NCBI GenBank assembly: GCA_964291405.2
Contig: OZ219926.1
Coordinates: forward strand, 768,001-832,000
Length of the DNA: 64,000 nt
Direction of reading: 5' to 3'
DNA from: Thermodesulfobacteriota bacterium
Lineage (GTDB): Bacteria; Desulfobacterota; Binatia; Bin18
Position numbers and translations under genes: made by a program. This document shows positions 21,658 through 31,943 of the stretch, one piece after another. The notes below the pieces were generated by a model. The model had not been told where the DNA came from. It searched no databases and worked only from the letters and a program-made list of their open reading frames with translations. Every line of letters begins with the position of its first letter. Within the stretch, counting starts at the first letter, position 1.

Positions 21658-24600
21658 ATGGAGCGCATCATTCAGTTCAGCCTCTCCAACCGTTCGCTCA
21701 TGGCCGTTCTCGGCGTCCTCCTGGCGGTGGCCGGCTATCGCAGCTACGCGCAGCTCCCCGTGGACGCCTTTCCCGATGTCTCCCCCAATCTGGTGCAGGT
21801 GTTTACCGAGACCGAAGGGCTTGCGCCAGAAGATGTTGAACAATATGTCACCTATCCCATTGAAGCCGTCATGAATGGGCTGCCCGCCATCGAGCGTATC
21901 CGGTCCGTCTCGAACTTTGGCCTCTCTGTCGTCAATATCTACTTTGCGGATGACACAGACATCTATCTTGCGCGACAGCTTGTGAACGAACGGCTGCAAG
22001 AAGCCCGAGAGCGGATTCCCCAAGGTTTTGGAGACCCCAAGCTGGGTCCTATCTCGACCGGCATGGGTCTCGTCCTGTTCTACTATCTGGAAGACGAGGC
22101 TAGTCAGTATACGCTCGAAGAACTCCGGGCCATTCAGGACTGGCTGGTCAAGTTTCATTTGCAAACGGTCCCTGGTGTCACCGAAGTGCTCGGCATTGGG
22201 GGATATGAAAAACAATTTCAGGTAGCCGTCCACCCGGAACTCTTACTCCGGGCCGGGGTCACGATTCGCGATGTGATGACCAGCATCCAAGAAAACAACC
22301 TCAACGTCGGTGCCCAATTTATCGAGAAGAACGCCGAAGAGTTTGTGGTGCGTTCGGTGGGGCTGGTCTCGAACATTGCCGATCTTGAAAACATTGTCAT
22401 CAAGGCCAAGGATGGGACGCCAGTCTTTCTGCGCGAGCTTGCAGACGTCCAGGTCGGCGGCGCCATTCGGCGTGGTGTCCAAACCAAAAATGGGGTCCAG
22501 GAAGTCGTCGCCGGGATGGTAGTCAAGCTCTTGGGGACAAACTCCTCGACGGTGATCGGACAGGTTGAAGCCAAAATGGCAGAGATCAATCGGATTCTTC
22601 CGGCCGGAGTCACGCTTACTCCTTATTACGAACAAAAGACCCTGGTTGCGGCCTGTGTGGCAACGGTTCGGAATGCCTTGGTTCAGGGCGTGATTTTGGT
22701 GGTGTGCGTCCTCCTGCTCTTTCTGGGCAGCCTGCGGCCGAGTGTTGTTGTTGCGCTGGCGGTTCCCTTCTCCGTCCTGTTTGCCACCTTCTGGATGGGG
22801 TATTTGAACATCTCGGCCAATCTCATGTCCCTGGGCGGACTGGCTATTGCGATTGGTATGCTGGTCGACGGGACGATAGTCCTGGTAGAAAACGTGGACC
22901 GCGGGCTGCGGGAGGCGACTCCTGCCATCCCACACGCACAGATAGTCGCTCAGGCGTGTACAGAGGTCGCGCGGCCGATTTTCTTTGCGATTAGCATTGT
23001 TGTGGTTGTTTTTCTCCCGCTCTTTCTCCTCCAGGGGGTAGAGGGCAAAACGTTTCGTCCGCTCGCCTACACAGTGGTGTTGGCCATGGGCGGATCGCTG
23101 CTCTTTACGCTGTTTCTTGCTCCCGTCCTGGCGGTGACGATCATGCGCCGCTCATCGCATCGCCAGGCGTCTTCCACATCCTCCGCGGGTCTCCTCGTCC
23201 GAGGGATTATCCGTCTCTATCGGCCTGTGGTGAGGCTCTTTGTACGGCGACGGGTGATGGCCGTCAGTGTCGCCGTCCTTTTGGTCGCGCTCGGTGGCCT
23301 CGTGCTTCCCTTGCTTGGCTCGGAGTTTACCCCTCGGCTCCAAGAAGGGACCTTAGTCTTGCGGCTCACGATGGCGCCCTCAATTTCGCTGCAGGAGAGT
23401 CAGCGAGTGACCATGATTGTCGAGCGACGGCTGATGAAAATCCCAGAAATTCTCGGTGTGACAACGCGGATTGGCCGAGGGGAAGTCGGCGCGCATACGG
23501 ACCCGATCAATAATGCCGAAATGTATATTCTGCTGAAGCCCCAAGCCGAATGGCGAACGGCGCGGAATCAAGAGCAGCTCGAAGGTGTTATTCGGAAGGA
23601 GTTGGGCCGGGTTCCCGGTGTGTTGACAAACTTTACCCAACCGATCGCCATGGCCGTCGATGAACTCCTTGAGGGTGTCCGCGCAGAGCTTGCCATTAAG
23701 CTTTTTGGCGATGACCTCGAAGTCCTCCTAGCTAAAGGCAACGAAATTGCCAACGTGACGCGACGTATCCGAGGGGCAGCCGACGTGCAGGTAGATCAAG
23801 TGGCAGGGACGCCACAACTCGTCATCCGCGTCAGTCGCCAAGCAGTTGCGCGGTACGGGATGAATGTGGCGGACGTCCAACAGACGATCCGAACCGCAGT
23901 CGGGGGTGAGGTCGTGGGACAGATTTTTGAGGGTGCTCGCCGGTTTGCCATCCTCGTCCGGTTTGCTCCAGAATATCGAAGCACGCGCGCGGCAATCGGC
24001 AACATCCTCATTCCTGGTCCGGGGCGCGTACGCGCCCCGCTCTCAGAGCTGGCAACGATTGAAGAAGTGATCGGCCCGCGCCAGATCACTCGAGAGAATA
24101 CTCAGCGTTTTCTCACCATTCAGTGTAATGTCATGGGCCGGGATATTGGGTCATTCGTGCAGGAGGCCCAAGCCGCCATTGACGCCCAGGTGCGTCTTCC
24201 AGCAGGCTATCTGGTCACTTGGGGCGGTCAATTTCGTTTGCAACAAGAGGCAAATAAACGCCTAGCCATCGTGATTCCCATCACCCTGCTCATCGTCTTC
24301 TTGCTCTTGTTCTCCAGCTTTCAATCGCTCAGAAACGCGTTGTTGATTATCCTCAATATTCCGTTGGCACTTGTGGGCGGAGTGGTCGCGTTATGGGTGA
24401 CGGATCAAAACCTCTCCGTTCCCGCTTCGGTTGGCTTTATTGCGCTCTTTGGCCTTGCTCTTGAGAATGGCATGGTGTTAGTCACCTATCTCAATCAACT
24501 GATTCGGGAAGGCGTCGCGGTTGATGACGCGGTCGTGAGAGGCGCATGTTTACGCTTACGGCCGGTGCTGATGACCGCCGTAACAACCGCCTTGGGCCTT

Positions 24601-24759
24601 ATTCCCCTTCTGGTCTCGCAAGGTACGGGGAGTGAGGTACAGCGCCCACTGGCAACCGTTGTCATAGGAGGGCTGGTTTCGTCAACCGTGCTCACCCTGC
24701 TGGTACTCCCCGCGCTGTACGCCTGGAGTGAACAACGACATCTTCGTCGGACGATATAG
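21658..24759 (+). CDS. czcA: CzcA-type heavy-metal RND transporter
   Basis: Motifs LPVDAFPDVS, NLMSLGGLAIAIGMLVDG, EGKTFRPLA, RLRPVLMTA and GSEVQRPLA. Confidence 0.93.
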   Translation: MERIIQFSLSNRSLMAVLGVLLAVAGYRSYAQLPVDAFPDVSPNLVQVFTETEGLAPEDVEQYVTYPIEAVMNGLPAIERIRSVSNFGLSVVNIYFADDTDIYLARQLVNERLQEARERIPQGFGDPKLGPISTGMGLVLFYYLEDEASQYTLEELRAIQDWLVKFHLQTVPGVTEVLGIGGYEKQFQVAVHPELLLRAGVTIRDVMTSIQENNLNVGAQFIEKNAEEFVVRSVGLVSNIADLENIVIKAKDGTPVFLRELADVQVGGAIRRGVQTKNGVQEVVAGMVVKLLGTNSSTVIGQVEAKMAEINRILPAGVTLTPYYEQKTLVAACVATVRNALVQGVILVVCVLLLFLGSLRPSVVVALAVPFSVLFATFWMGYLNISANLMSLGGLAIAIGMLVDGTIVLVENVDRGLREATPAIPHAQIVAQACTEVARPIFFAISIVVVVFLPLFLLQGVEGKTFRPLAYTVVLAMGGSLLFTLFLAPVLAVTIMRRSSHRQASSTSSAGLLVRGIIRLYRPVVRLFVRRRVMAVSVAVLLVALGGLVLPLLGSEFTPRLQEGTLVLRLTMAPSISLQESQRVTMIVERRLMKIPEILGVTTRIGRGEVGAHTDPINNAEMYILLKPQAEWRTARNQEQLEGVIRKELGRVPGVLTNFTQPIAMAVDELLEGVRAELAIKLFGDDLEVLLAKGNEIANVTRRIRGAADVQVDQVAGTPQLVIRVSRQAVARYGMNVADVQQTIRTAVGGEVVGQIFEGARRFAILVRFAPEYRSTRAAIGNILIPGPGRVRAPLSELATIEEVIGPRQITRENTQRFLTIQCNVMGRDIGSFVQEAQAAIDAQVRLPAGYLVTWGGQFRLQQEANKRLAIVIPITLLIVFLLLFSSFQSLRNALLIILNIPLALVGGVVALWVTDQNLSVPASVGFIALFGLALENGMVLVTYLNQLIREGVAVDDAVVRGACLRLRPVLMTAVTTALGLIPLLVSQGTGSEVQRPLATVVIGGLVSSTVLTLLVLPALYAWSEQRHLRRTI

Positions 24760-24782
24760 GCATGGCAGCCGTTCCCACTGAC

Positions 24783-27700
24783 TCAGCTCTCAACCCGTCT
24801 TTGAGCTCGAAACTCTGCGACCCCGCAGTACAGGACCGGCACGACAAATACGGTCAGCAGAGCGATGGCCATGCCGCCGAAGGACGGGATGGCCATCGGC
24901 ACCATGATATCGGCCCCACGGCCCCGCGAGGTGAGCACGGGTAAGAGGGCCAAGAGTGTCGTTGCCATAGTCATCAATGCCGGCCGTATACGCCGTTGAG
25001 CCGCCAATCGAACCGCAGCCCGAATTCCCTCTCTCGTTCCGGGTCCATCTTTTTCAAACCGCTGTTCGAGATAGCTTGCTATCAGGACTCCGTTATCCGT
25101 CGCAATCCCAAACAGCGCAATAAAGCCAACCCACACCGCGACGCTCAAATTAAAGGGACGGACCTGGAACAGGTCACGCAGATTGATCTCGCCTAGGCCG
25201 ACGTTCAAAAACCAGTCCTGAGCATACAGCCACAGCATAAGAAACCCGCCGGCCCATGCGACAAAGATACCCGAGAAGATAAAAAAGGTCGTTGTGACTG
25301 AACGGAATTGCAAATACAGAATAAGAAAAATCACAAAGAGGGTAAGTGGAATAACAACGCTGAGTCGCTTCTTTGCTCGGAGCTGATTCTCATAGCTTCC
25401 GGCAAATGTATAGCTGACCCCGGCTGGCAGCTGCCATTCGCCGCTCGCAAGTTTGTCTTGCAGATACACCTGTGCTTCCCTGACCACTTCCACTTCGGCA
25501 TGGCCGGGCTTTTTGTCAAAGACCACATAGCTCGTCAGGAAGGTGTCCTCACTCTTGATCACTTGCGCACGGCGTTCAAACGAAATATCTGCGAGTTCAC
25601 GGAGCGGGATGTGTTGGCCGAGGGGCGTGGGAATGAGAATCCCGCCCAAGGTGTCCAGGTCGTTTCGAAGTTCTCGGAGGTATCGAATCCGCACCGGATA
25701 CCGCTCCCGTCCTTCAACCGTCAGCGTCAGCGGCTTGCCACCAACGGCGACTTCGATGATGTCCTGGACAGCCTTGATCGTCAGTCCGTAGCGGGCGATC
25801 CGGGCACGGTTAATCCGAATCTCCAGATACGGCTTGCCGATGACGCGGTCCGCGATAACGGTTGCCGGTTCGATAGACGGCACTTCTTTCAGCCACGTTT
25901 CAATCTGTTGCCCAGTGGTATCAATAGTTTCCAGGGTCGGCCCTTTCACTTTTACTCCCATGGGCGCACGCATGCCGGATTGCAGCATGACGATGCGAGC
26001 GGCGATGGGTTGGAGCTTGGGCGCGGACGTGACGCCTGGGATTGTGGTGACCCGGACAATTTCATTCCAGATATCATCGGGAGTACGAATGTGGGCCCGC
26101 CACTGCCGATACGGCCGTCCGTCCGAGTCTGGAATAAGCTGGCCCTGCGCGTCGCGGACAAATTCGTCAGCGGCTGTGTCATAGCGAAAATATACCGGAT
26201 ACCCATTGGCATCGACGATGTACTCCGACTTGTAGTTGATAACGTTCTCAAACATGGAAATAGGGGCTGGGTCGAGCGAAGAATCGACTCGTCCCAGTTT
26301 CCCCACGCTCAATGCAACCTCAGGAATCGCAGCAACGGCCATATCGAGATTCTTCACCACCTCCAGCGCTTCTCCAATGGATGCATGCGGCATGGTCGTC
26401 GGCATATACAGAAATGACCCCTCGTCGAGCGTCGGCATAAACTCCTCGCCCATACGGGACCAGATCGCTCCACCCGCTACTACCACGCTGAGAGGAATGA
26501 CCGCGAAGAGGAGTTTATGTTGGAGACACCAGCCGAGAAGTCGTGGGTACACGTCCTGAAAAAACTTGAAGCCGGTCAACACCAGGACAATCAGTACTCC
26601 CACAAAGACCATGTTGATGGGTGTCCCGGTCTCAACTCCAATGGGGAGCCAAGACCGGGCCAGAAAGAACAGGGTGACGACGATAATGCCAGTCAGAGCG
26701 AGGTAACGTTCGTAACGGGAAAGCCACACATAACGAGAGAGAAACGTCTCACGCGCCAGGTTAGAGACACCCAGCAGCATCAGGACGAGACCAGGAAAGA
26801 GGTAGGTCCACATCAGCAGGAGGCCAGCGATGCTCTCGACGAGGTAGAGTCCTCGCCTCAGTCCGGTTCGCCCCGTCCAGTCCCGAAAAAGGAGATAAGC
26901 CGCTGGTGGGATCACAACGAGCGAAACAAACAGCGCCCCCAGAAGAGCGAATGTCTTGGTGTAGGCAAGCGGCGTAAACAGTTTTCCTTCCGCGGCCTGG
27001 AGGGCAAACACGGGCAGAAAACTCACAACCGTCGTCAGGACCGCGGTGCGCACCGCCCCGGCAACCTCAACGGTCGCTTCATAGACTATCTCCAGACGAC
27101 TCTTACCGGGCGGGGCGGCGTTGAGGTGGAAGAGAATATTCTCACACAGGACAATACCCATATCGACCATCGTGCCAATGGCAATCGCAATGCCGGAGAG
27201 CGCCACAATATTGGCCGGCACTTGAAACGCCTGCATCAGGCCAAAAGCAATGAGGATAGCCAGGGGAAGCACCAGAGCAATCAGGAAGGCGCTCATCAGG
27301 TGGAAGACCATGACGACCACCACGATGACGGTCACGAGGATTTCTTCCGTAAGCGCGGCCCTGAGCGTCCCGAGCGTCTCAAGAATCAATCCGGTCCGGT
27401 CATAGAAGGGCACGATCGTGAGTTTTGATACTGTGCCATCGGCAAGCGTCTTTTCCGGCATACCGGGAGAGATTTCGTCAATCTTCGCCCGAACGTTCTG
27501 GATTGTCGTGAGAGGATTCTCGCCATAGCGGACAACTACGACTCCTCCCACGACCTCCGCCCCATCTTTATCAAGCGCCCCACGGCGCAGAGCCGGCCCG
27601 AGCCGCACCTGCGCGACATCTTTGACCTGAACCGGGATATTGTTCTCCCGAACGGTGATGGCGATATCCTCGATGTCTTGGAGCGTCTGGATAAAGCCCA

Positions 27701-28451
27701 CGCCACGGACGATATATTCCACCCGGTTCACTTCAATAGTGCGCGCACCGACATCGAGATTGGAGCTACGAACCGCATTGATGATCTGGGCAAGACTGAC
27801 ATCATACGCCCGAAGCGCATCGGGGTTGATGTCGATTTGGTATTCTTTGACAAACCCGCCGATAGAGGCCACCTCGGCAACGCCATCCGCCCCTTGCAGC
27901 GCATAGCGAACGTACCAGTCCTGGACGCTACGGATCTCGTCCAGATTCCAGCCACCGGTTGGATTGTCATCAGGATCACGGCCTTCGAGCGTATACCAGA
28001 AGATCTGTCCCAGGGCGGTCGCATCCGGCCCTAGAGCGGGCGAGACATCGTCCGGTAACATGCCTTGTGGGAGGCTGGAGAGTTTCTCCAACACCCGGGA
28101 ACGGGACCAATAGAAGTCCACTTCATCCTTGAAAATGACGTAGATGGAGGAGTATCCAAAATACGAAAAGCTCCGGATGGTTTTGACACCGGGTATCCCC
28201 AGCAGGGAGACCGTCAGCGGGTGGCTGATTTGATCCTCAACATCACGCGGAGAGCGTCCCGGCCATTTCGTAAAGACAATTTGCTGATTCTCGCTAATGT
28301 CCGGGATGGCATCGACCATGACCGGGTTCCGGGGGAGAAAATCGAGCTTCCAATCAAACGGGGCAACCATGATGCCCCACGCAGTAACGAAGATAATGAA
28401 GAGGGCAACGACCAGCTTATTTTCAAGACAAAAGCGGATAGCGGTATTCAT
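24783..28451 (-). CDS. cusA: CusA/SilA-type Cu/Ag RND transporter
   Basis: Motifs VDAIPDISENQQIVFT, LGPDATALG, GIAIAIGTMVD, GEEFMPTLDEGSFLYMP and RIRPALMT. Confidence 0.93.
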   Translation of the reverse strand: MNTAIRFCLENKLVVALFIIFVTAWGIMVAPFDWKLDFLPRNPVMVDAIPDISENQQIVFTKWPGRSPRDVEDQISHPLTVSLLGIPGVKTIRSFSYFGYSSIYVIFKDEVDFYWSRSRVLEKLSSLPQGMLPDDVSPALGPDATALGQIFWYTLEGRDPDDNPTGGWNLDEIRSVQDWYVRYALQGADGVAEVASIGGFVKEYQIDINPDALRAYDVSLAQIINAVRSSNLDVGARTIEVNRVEYIVRGVGFIQTLQDIEDIAITVRENNIPVQVKDVAQVRLGPALRRGALDKDGAEVVGGVVVVRYGENPLTTIQNVRAKIDEISPGMPEKTLADGTVSKLTIVPFYDRTGLILETLGTLRAALTEEILVTVIVVVVMVFHLMSAFLIALVLPLAILIAFGLMQAFQVPANIVALSGIAIAIGTMVDMGIVLCENILFHLNAAPPGKSRLEIVYEATVEVAGAVRTAVLTTVVSFLPVFALQAAEGKLFTPLAYTKTFALLGALFVSLVVIPPAAYLLFRDWTGRTGLRRGLYLVESIAGLLLMWTYLFPGLVLMLLGVSNLARETFLSRYVWLSRYERYLALTGIIVVTLFFLARSWLPIGVETGTPINMVFVGVLIVLVLTGFKFFQDVYPRLLGWCLQHKLLFAVIPLSVVVAGGAIWSRMGEEFMPTLDEGSFLYMPTTMPHASIGEALEVVKNLDMAVAAIPEVALSVGKLGRVDSSLDPAPISMFENVINYKSEYIVDANGYPVYFRYDTAADEFVRDAQGQLIPDSDGRPYRQWRAHIRTPDDIWNEIVRVTTIPGVTSAPKLQPIAARIVMLQSGMRAPMGVKVKGPTLETIDTTGQQIETWLKEVPSIEPATVIADRVIGKPYLEIRINRARIARYGLTIKAVQDIIEVAVGGKPLTLTVEGRERYPVRIRYLRELRNDLDTLGGILIPTPLGQHIPLRELADISFERRAQVIKSEDTFLTSYVVFDKKPGHAEVEVVREAQVYLQDKLASGEWQLPAGVSYTFAGSYENQLRAKKRLSVVIPLTLFVIFLILYLQFRSVTTTFFIFSGIFVAWAGGFLMLWLYAQDWFLNVGLGEINLRDLFQVRPFNLSVAVWVGFIALFGIATDNGVLIASYLEQRFEKDGPGTREGIRAAVRLAAQRRIRPALMTMATTLLALLPVLTSRGRGADIMVPMAIPSFGGMAIALLTVFVVPVLYCGVAEFRAQRRVES

Positions 28452-28478
28452 GCAGAACTCCCCCCGTGTCTTTGGACC

Positions 28479-29852
28479 TCAATGGGCATGCGTACCGCCT
28501 GCCCGCCCGCCGTGGGGATTCATCATGCTGCGTTTGCCCTGAATCTGGAGGTCTGCATCAATTTTGAACGAGCCGCTTGAAACGACACGTTCCCCCTCAT
28601 GGACGCCCGCTTTGACCACGTAATAGTCCCCTGCGCGCGGACCGAGCGTAACGGTTCGGCCCTCGTACGTCCCAGTGCCCGGTTTCTGCACGTACACAAT
28701 GGCGCGCTTCCCCGTAATGAGCGGTGCGGACGCAGGAATAACCAGTGGCGGCCCTGCCCGGTGTTCATGACTGTGGCCCAGCAGAGGAAGACTGTCGGCC
28801 AAGACCAGAGTCATGCCGCAAATGGGGCAACTGCCCGCCACCTGGCGTATCACCTCCGGATGCATAGGGCAGATATACTGGCCGGTATAAGAAGGCCCAA
28901 CGACGGTTCCCTGGTCCGAAATCTGAGCCTGGATCGTTGCGGTGACGAATAATCCGGGCTTCAGCCTGAGGTCGGGATTTTCCACGTTCACCCGCACCCG
29001 GACTGTGCGTGTTCTCTCGTCCAGGAAGGGCTGAACGAAGGAAACTACGCCGTGAAATTCTTCTCCAGGGAACGCTTCGGCCTGAAAGGCCACCTGTTGC
29101 CCGTAGCGAAGCCAGGGCAGATCAGACTCATAGGCGTCCAGATACAACCACAGGCGTGACAGATCGGCAATCGTATAAATCTCGGTGCCCGTGTCCACAT
29201 ACATGCCCTCGTTGATCTGCTTCTCCACCACAATCCCGCCTATAGGAGCGTAGATGGTGACCTGCTCATCGGCCTGCCCCCGTTTCTCAATCTGACCCAC
29301 CTGCGTACTCGTCAGCCCCAACAGGCGCAGCTTGTCTCGGGCGGCTTGCACCGAGCGCTCCGACGAACGTTTCACGATGGGACTGGTGCTCCCACGTAGC
29401 CGGTCGAGTGAACGGGCCGCCTGAATCAGCTCTTCCTGAGCAGACAGGAGCTCCGGGCTGTAGAGAGAGACCATATGATCGCCCTGGTTGACGCGAATCC
29501 CGGTATAGTTCACATACAGGCGGTCCACACGCCCGGATACCCAAGCAGTAATATGCTTGAGCCGTGTTTCGTCATAATCAATCTTTCCGACCAGCCGTAC
29601 CTCCCGGGCGACCCATTTCCGCTCCACCAGTGCGGTCTCAAGCTGGATCAAGCGCTTGGCAGTGTCGCTGAGCAGAATCTCCTGACCGGAGGCCTCAGCT
29701 TCTCCGCCCGGCATGGCGGTAGCATGCGAGGCGTGTCTGTGCGTGTCATGACCTGCGTGCTGAGCGATACTCTTCTCAACTCCAGTCAATATCGTCAGAC
29801 ACAGGAGCAGACCGTTCAGCACGAAAACGTTGACATGTCTCATTAGATTCAC
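28479..29852 (-). CDS. cusB: CusB-type adaptor with a heavy-metal-binding domain
   Basis: YSPEL.SAQEE, IADLSRLW, LKPGLF, YICPMHP...CPICGM and His-rich termini. Confidence 0.9.
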   Translation of the reverse strand: MNLMRHVNVFVLNGLLLCLTILTGVEKSIAQHAGHDTHRHASHATAMPGGEAEASGQEILLSDTAKRLIQLETALVERKWVAREVRLVGKIDYDETRLKHITAWVSGRVDRLYVNYTGIRVNQGDHMVSLYSPELLSAQEELIQAARSLDRLRGSTSPIVKRSSERSVQAARDKLRLLGLTSTQVGQIEKRGQADEQVTIYAPIGGIVVEKQINEGMYVDTGTEIYTIADLSRLWLYLDAYESDLPWLRYGQQVAFQAEAFPGEEFHGVVSFVQPFLDERTRTVRVRVNVENPDLRLKPGLFVTATIQAQISDQGTVVGPSYTGQYICPMHPEVIRQVAGSCPICGMTLVLADSLPLLGHSHEHRAGPPLVIPASAPLITGKRAIVYVQKPGTGTYEGRTVTLGPRAGDYYVVKAGVHEGERVVSSGSFKIDADLQIQGKRSMMNPHGGRAGGTHAH

Positions 29853-31300
29853 CTTCCCCTCTCCCCATCAGAGAGGAAATCGCTATATCCACCGCTCAGC
29901 ATAAAAAGCTTCGCGATGGCGATGGCTCGGTCCGTTCGAGCCCGGCTCAACGACAGTTCGAAATCCAATAATCGCCGGCCTGAGTCGAGCACGTCCAAGA
30001 AGCCTGCCTGACCACTCTCATAGGCAGTAAAACTGGCTTCAATAGACTCTTCTGCTTTTGGCAGCAGCGTATGGGTAAAGAGGGCTATCTTGCGCTCGGC
30101 ATCGCGTAGCGCAAACCGCGCTCTGGCAAAGTTTGAGGCTAATACTACGACGCTATCTCGACGCTGTGCCTCGAGGCTGTATTGCCGCCATACCGCTTCC
30201 TCGACGATGGCCCGATTCTTCTTCCCATAGATCGGCAGGGTCATTGAGAGCGTTGGTATCAGGGCGTCTTTGCCACTATCGGTTGGTCCCGGACGCTTAT
30301 CCGTCGCGATATAATCAAGACCAAGCGTAAAATCGGGGTAAGCCGTCTTCCCGGCCAGTTCGACCCCCACCCGTCTCGCCTGAATGAGGGCATCGAAGCG
30401 CGCCAGCTTTGGATTACCTGAGAAGACGGTCTCTTCGGTCAGTTGCCGGGCCGCGCGCGCTTCCGCATCCAGAGCCGGGTCCAGGAGCAGGCTGGGAGGA
30501 ATGTGGATGGCTGCCGTCGCGGGACGATTCAACAGCGCGTTAAACGCCACCTGGGTCGGTTGGATGACCTCGCGGAATTCCGCGAGGCGGTCCTCTAATT
30601 GCCCCAACTCGGTCTGTACGCGGACCAGATCGCTATGGGTGCCAATACCAGAGCGAAAACGGACCTGGAGGACTTTTTCCCAGGATTGGACGAGTTGGAG
30701 GGTATCCTCGGCAATGCGGACCGTGGCGTGCAGATAGACCAGTTCGGCATACGTCTTGGCCACCTCAAAAACGAGTTCGTTTTTGAGACTCAGAAAACGA
30801 GAAAAGGCCGCGCGCGCCTCGAAGTCCGCCTCATCACCACGCAGCGCCAGCGTTCCGAACCACGGAAACGCCTGGCTCAGGCCAAGCCGATGCTGTTGCG
30901 CTCCGACCCGAGTCTCAACCGAACGCAAGAAATATCCATAGGTCAGTCGGGGGTCGGCAAGAGCCGTGACCTGAGGCCGTTTCTTGAGGGCCGCCTGATA
31001 GGCCGCAAAACTCCCTCGCAGCCTCGCGCTGTTTTCGAGCGCATAGAGGACATAGCCATAGAGGGTCTTCGGAAATCGCTCTGTCGTGGAGGCGGTAGAC
31101 TTCGCTTGTCTCCCTGGGGTGCTGGCCGTGCCAGACGTATCTTCTCCCAGAAGAGGCGGTAAAACCTGACTCTGAGGCATGGGAGATGACCCGCCTCCGG
31201 TACGTGCCGTGAAGATAGAAGCCGTCGTACACCCCGACGGCAGAGGAGTTATAATGACAAGTATCACAATAAAAAATCGCCACGCGAAACTGTTCATCAT
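29849..31300 (-). CDS. TolC-family outer membrane factor of the Cus-type system
   Basis: Lipobox SGC, LADP, VETRVG.Q, SQAFPWFG and YESGQAGFLDVLD. Confidence 0.88.
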   Translation of the reverse strand: MMNSFAWRFFIVILVIITPLPSGCTTASIFTARTGGGSSPMPQSQVLPPLLGEDTSGTASTPGRQAKSTASTTERFPKTLYGYVLYALENSARLRGSFAAYQAALKKRPQVTALADPRLTYGYFLRSVETRVGAQQHRLGLSQAFPWFGTLALRGDEADFEARAAFSRFLSLKNELVFEVAKTYAELVYLHATVRIAEDTLQLVQSWEKVLQVRFRSGIGTHSDLVRVQTELGQLEDRLAEFREVIQPTQVAFNALLNRPATAAIHIPPSLLLDPALDAEARAARQLTEETVFSGNPKLARFDALIQARRVGVELAGKTAYPDFTLGLDYIATDKRPGPTDSGKDALIPTLSMTLPIYGKKNRAIVEEAVWRQYSLEAQRRDSVVVLASNFARARFALRDAERKIALFTHTLLPKAEESIEASFTAYESGQAGFLDVLDSGRRLLDFELSLSRARTDRAIAIAKLFMLSGGYSDFLSDGERGR

Positions 31301-31429
31301 CAGAGGCTACTTTCTCACTACTGGTATGAGCGTGCGTCTTCGGAAGACACACAAAGAGCGGTTCGGCGGCAATGCGCCGGCACGACACAGAAATGGGCAA
31401 CTATCACCTGCTAGGTGATAGAGCGGGAT

Positions 31430-31831
31430 TTAGAGACGGAAAATAGAAAGGGACAGATACCGGGGGACAGAGTGTTGGGCTCGTCCTTCTGAGAGTCGAA
31501 GATCAAGGGAGAGCGACTGGGGGAAAAAACCAACCGACGCATCCAAGAACGAAAGAGAGCGTGCCGCAGGTGAGCTTGCAGACAGTTCCGCACCTACCAC
31601 TAACAGAGGCTTGAGAAAGAAATGCTCTCCGCAATCTGGACATTTTTCAGGAGTGGAATGCGGCTCCCTGTCCGGTGTATGACACGGGGTTGTCTGGGTG
31701 CTCTGCGCTACATCAGGAGGAGAGACACTGGTCGTCCGGGTATGGCCTGCAGCAAAGCATATCTGTGTGCAATGCAGGAGTACCACCAGGAAAAGAAAGG
31801 TGACGCAATACCGCTGGTAAACTCGACCCAT
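31430..31831 (-). CDS. Small exported Cys-His protein leading the cus operon (DUF2946-like)
   Basis: Signal/TM segment, PCH, CPDC and C-terminal PRYLSLSIFRL. An extended -10 (TGcTAGCCT) lies 6 nt before the ATG. Confidence 0.65.
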   Translation of the reverse strand: MGRVYQRYCVTFLFLVVLLHCTQICFAAGHTRTTSVSPPDVAQSTQTTPCHTPDREPHSTPEKCPDCGEHFFLKPLLVVGAELSASSPAARSLSFLDASVGFFPQSLSLDLRLSEGRAQHSVPRYLSLSIFRL

Positions 31832-31943
31832 AGTGGTAGGCTAGCACAGGAGAAGGATTGAAACCATGCAGTCTGCTCGGAGGGTCTCACGCCAGCCGTG
31901 CCAGCCGTTCAGGAGATAGCCCAGCCGAGAAACGAGTACGCCG

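Noticed and set aside
25308-27428. Long plus-strand ORFs (369 and 303 aa)
   Set aside because: Antisense to cusA with no protein motifs; typical of GC-rich codon bias.
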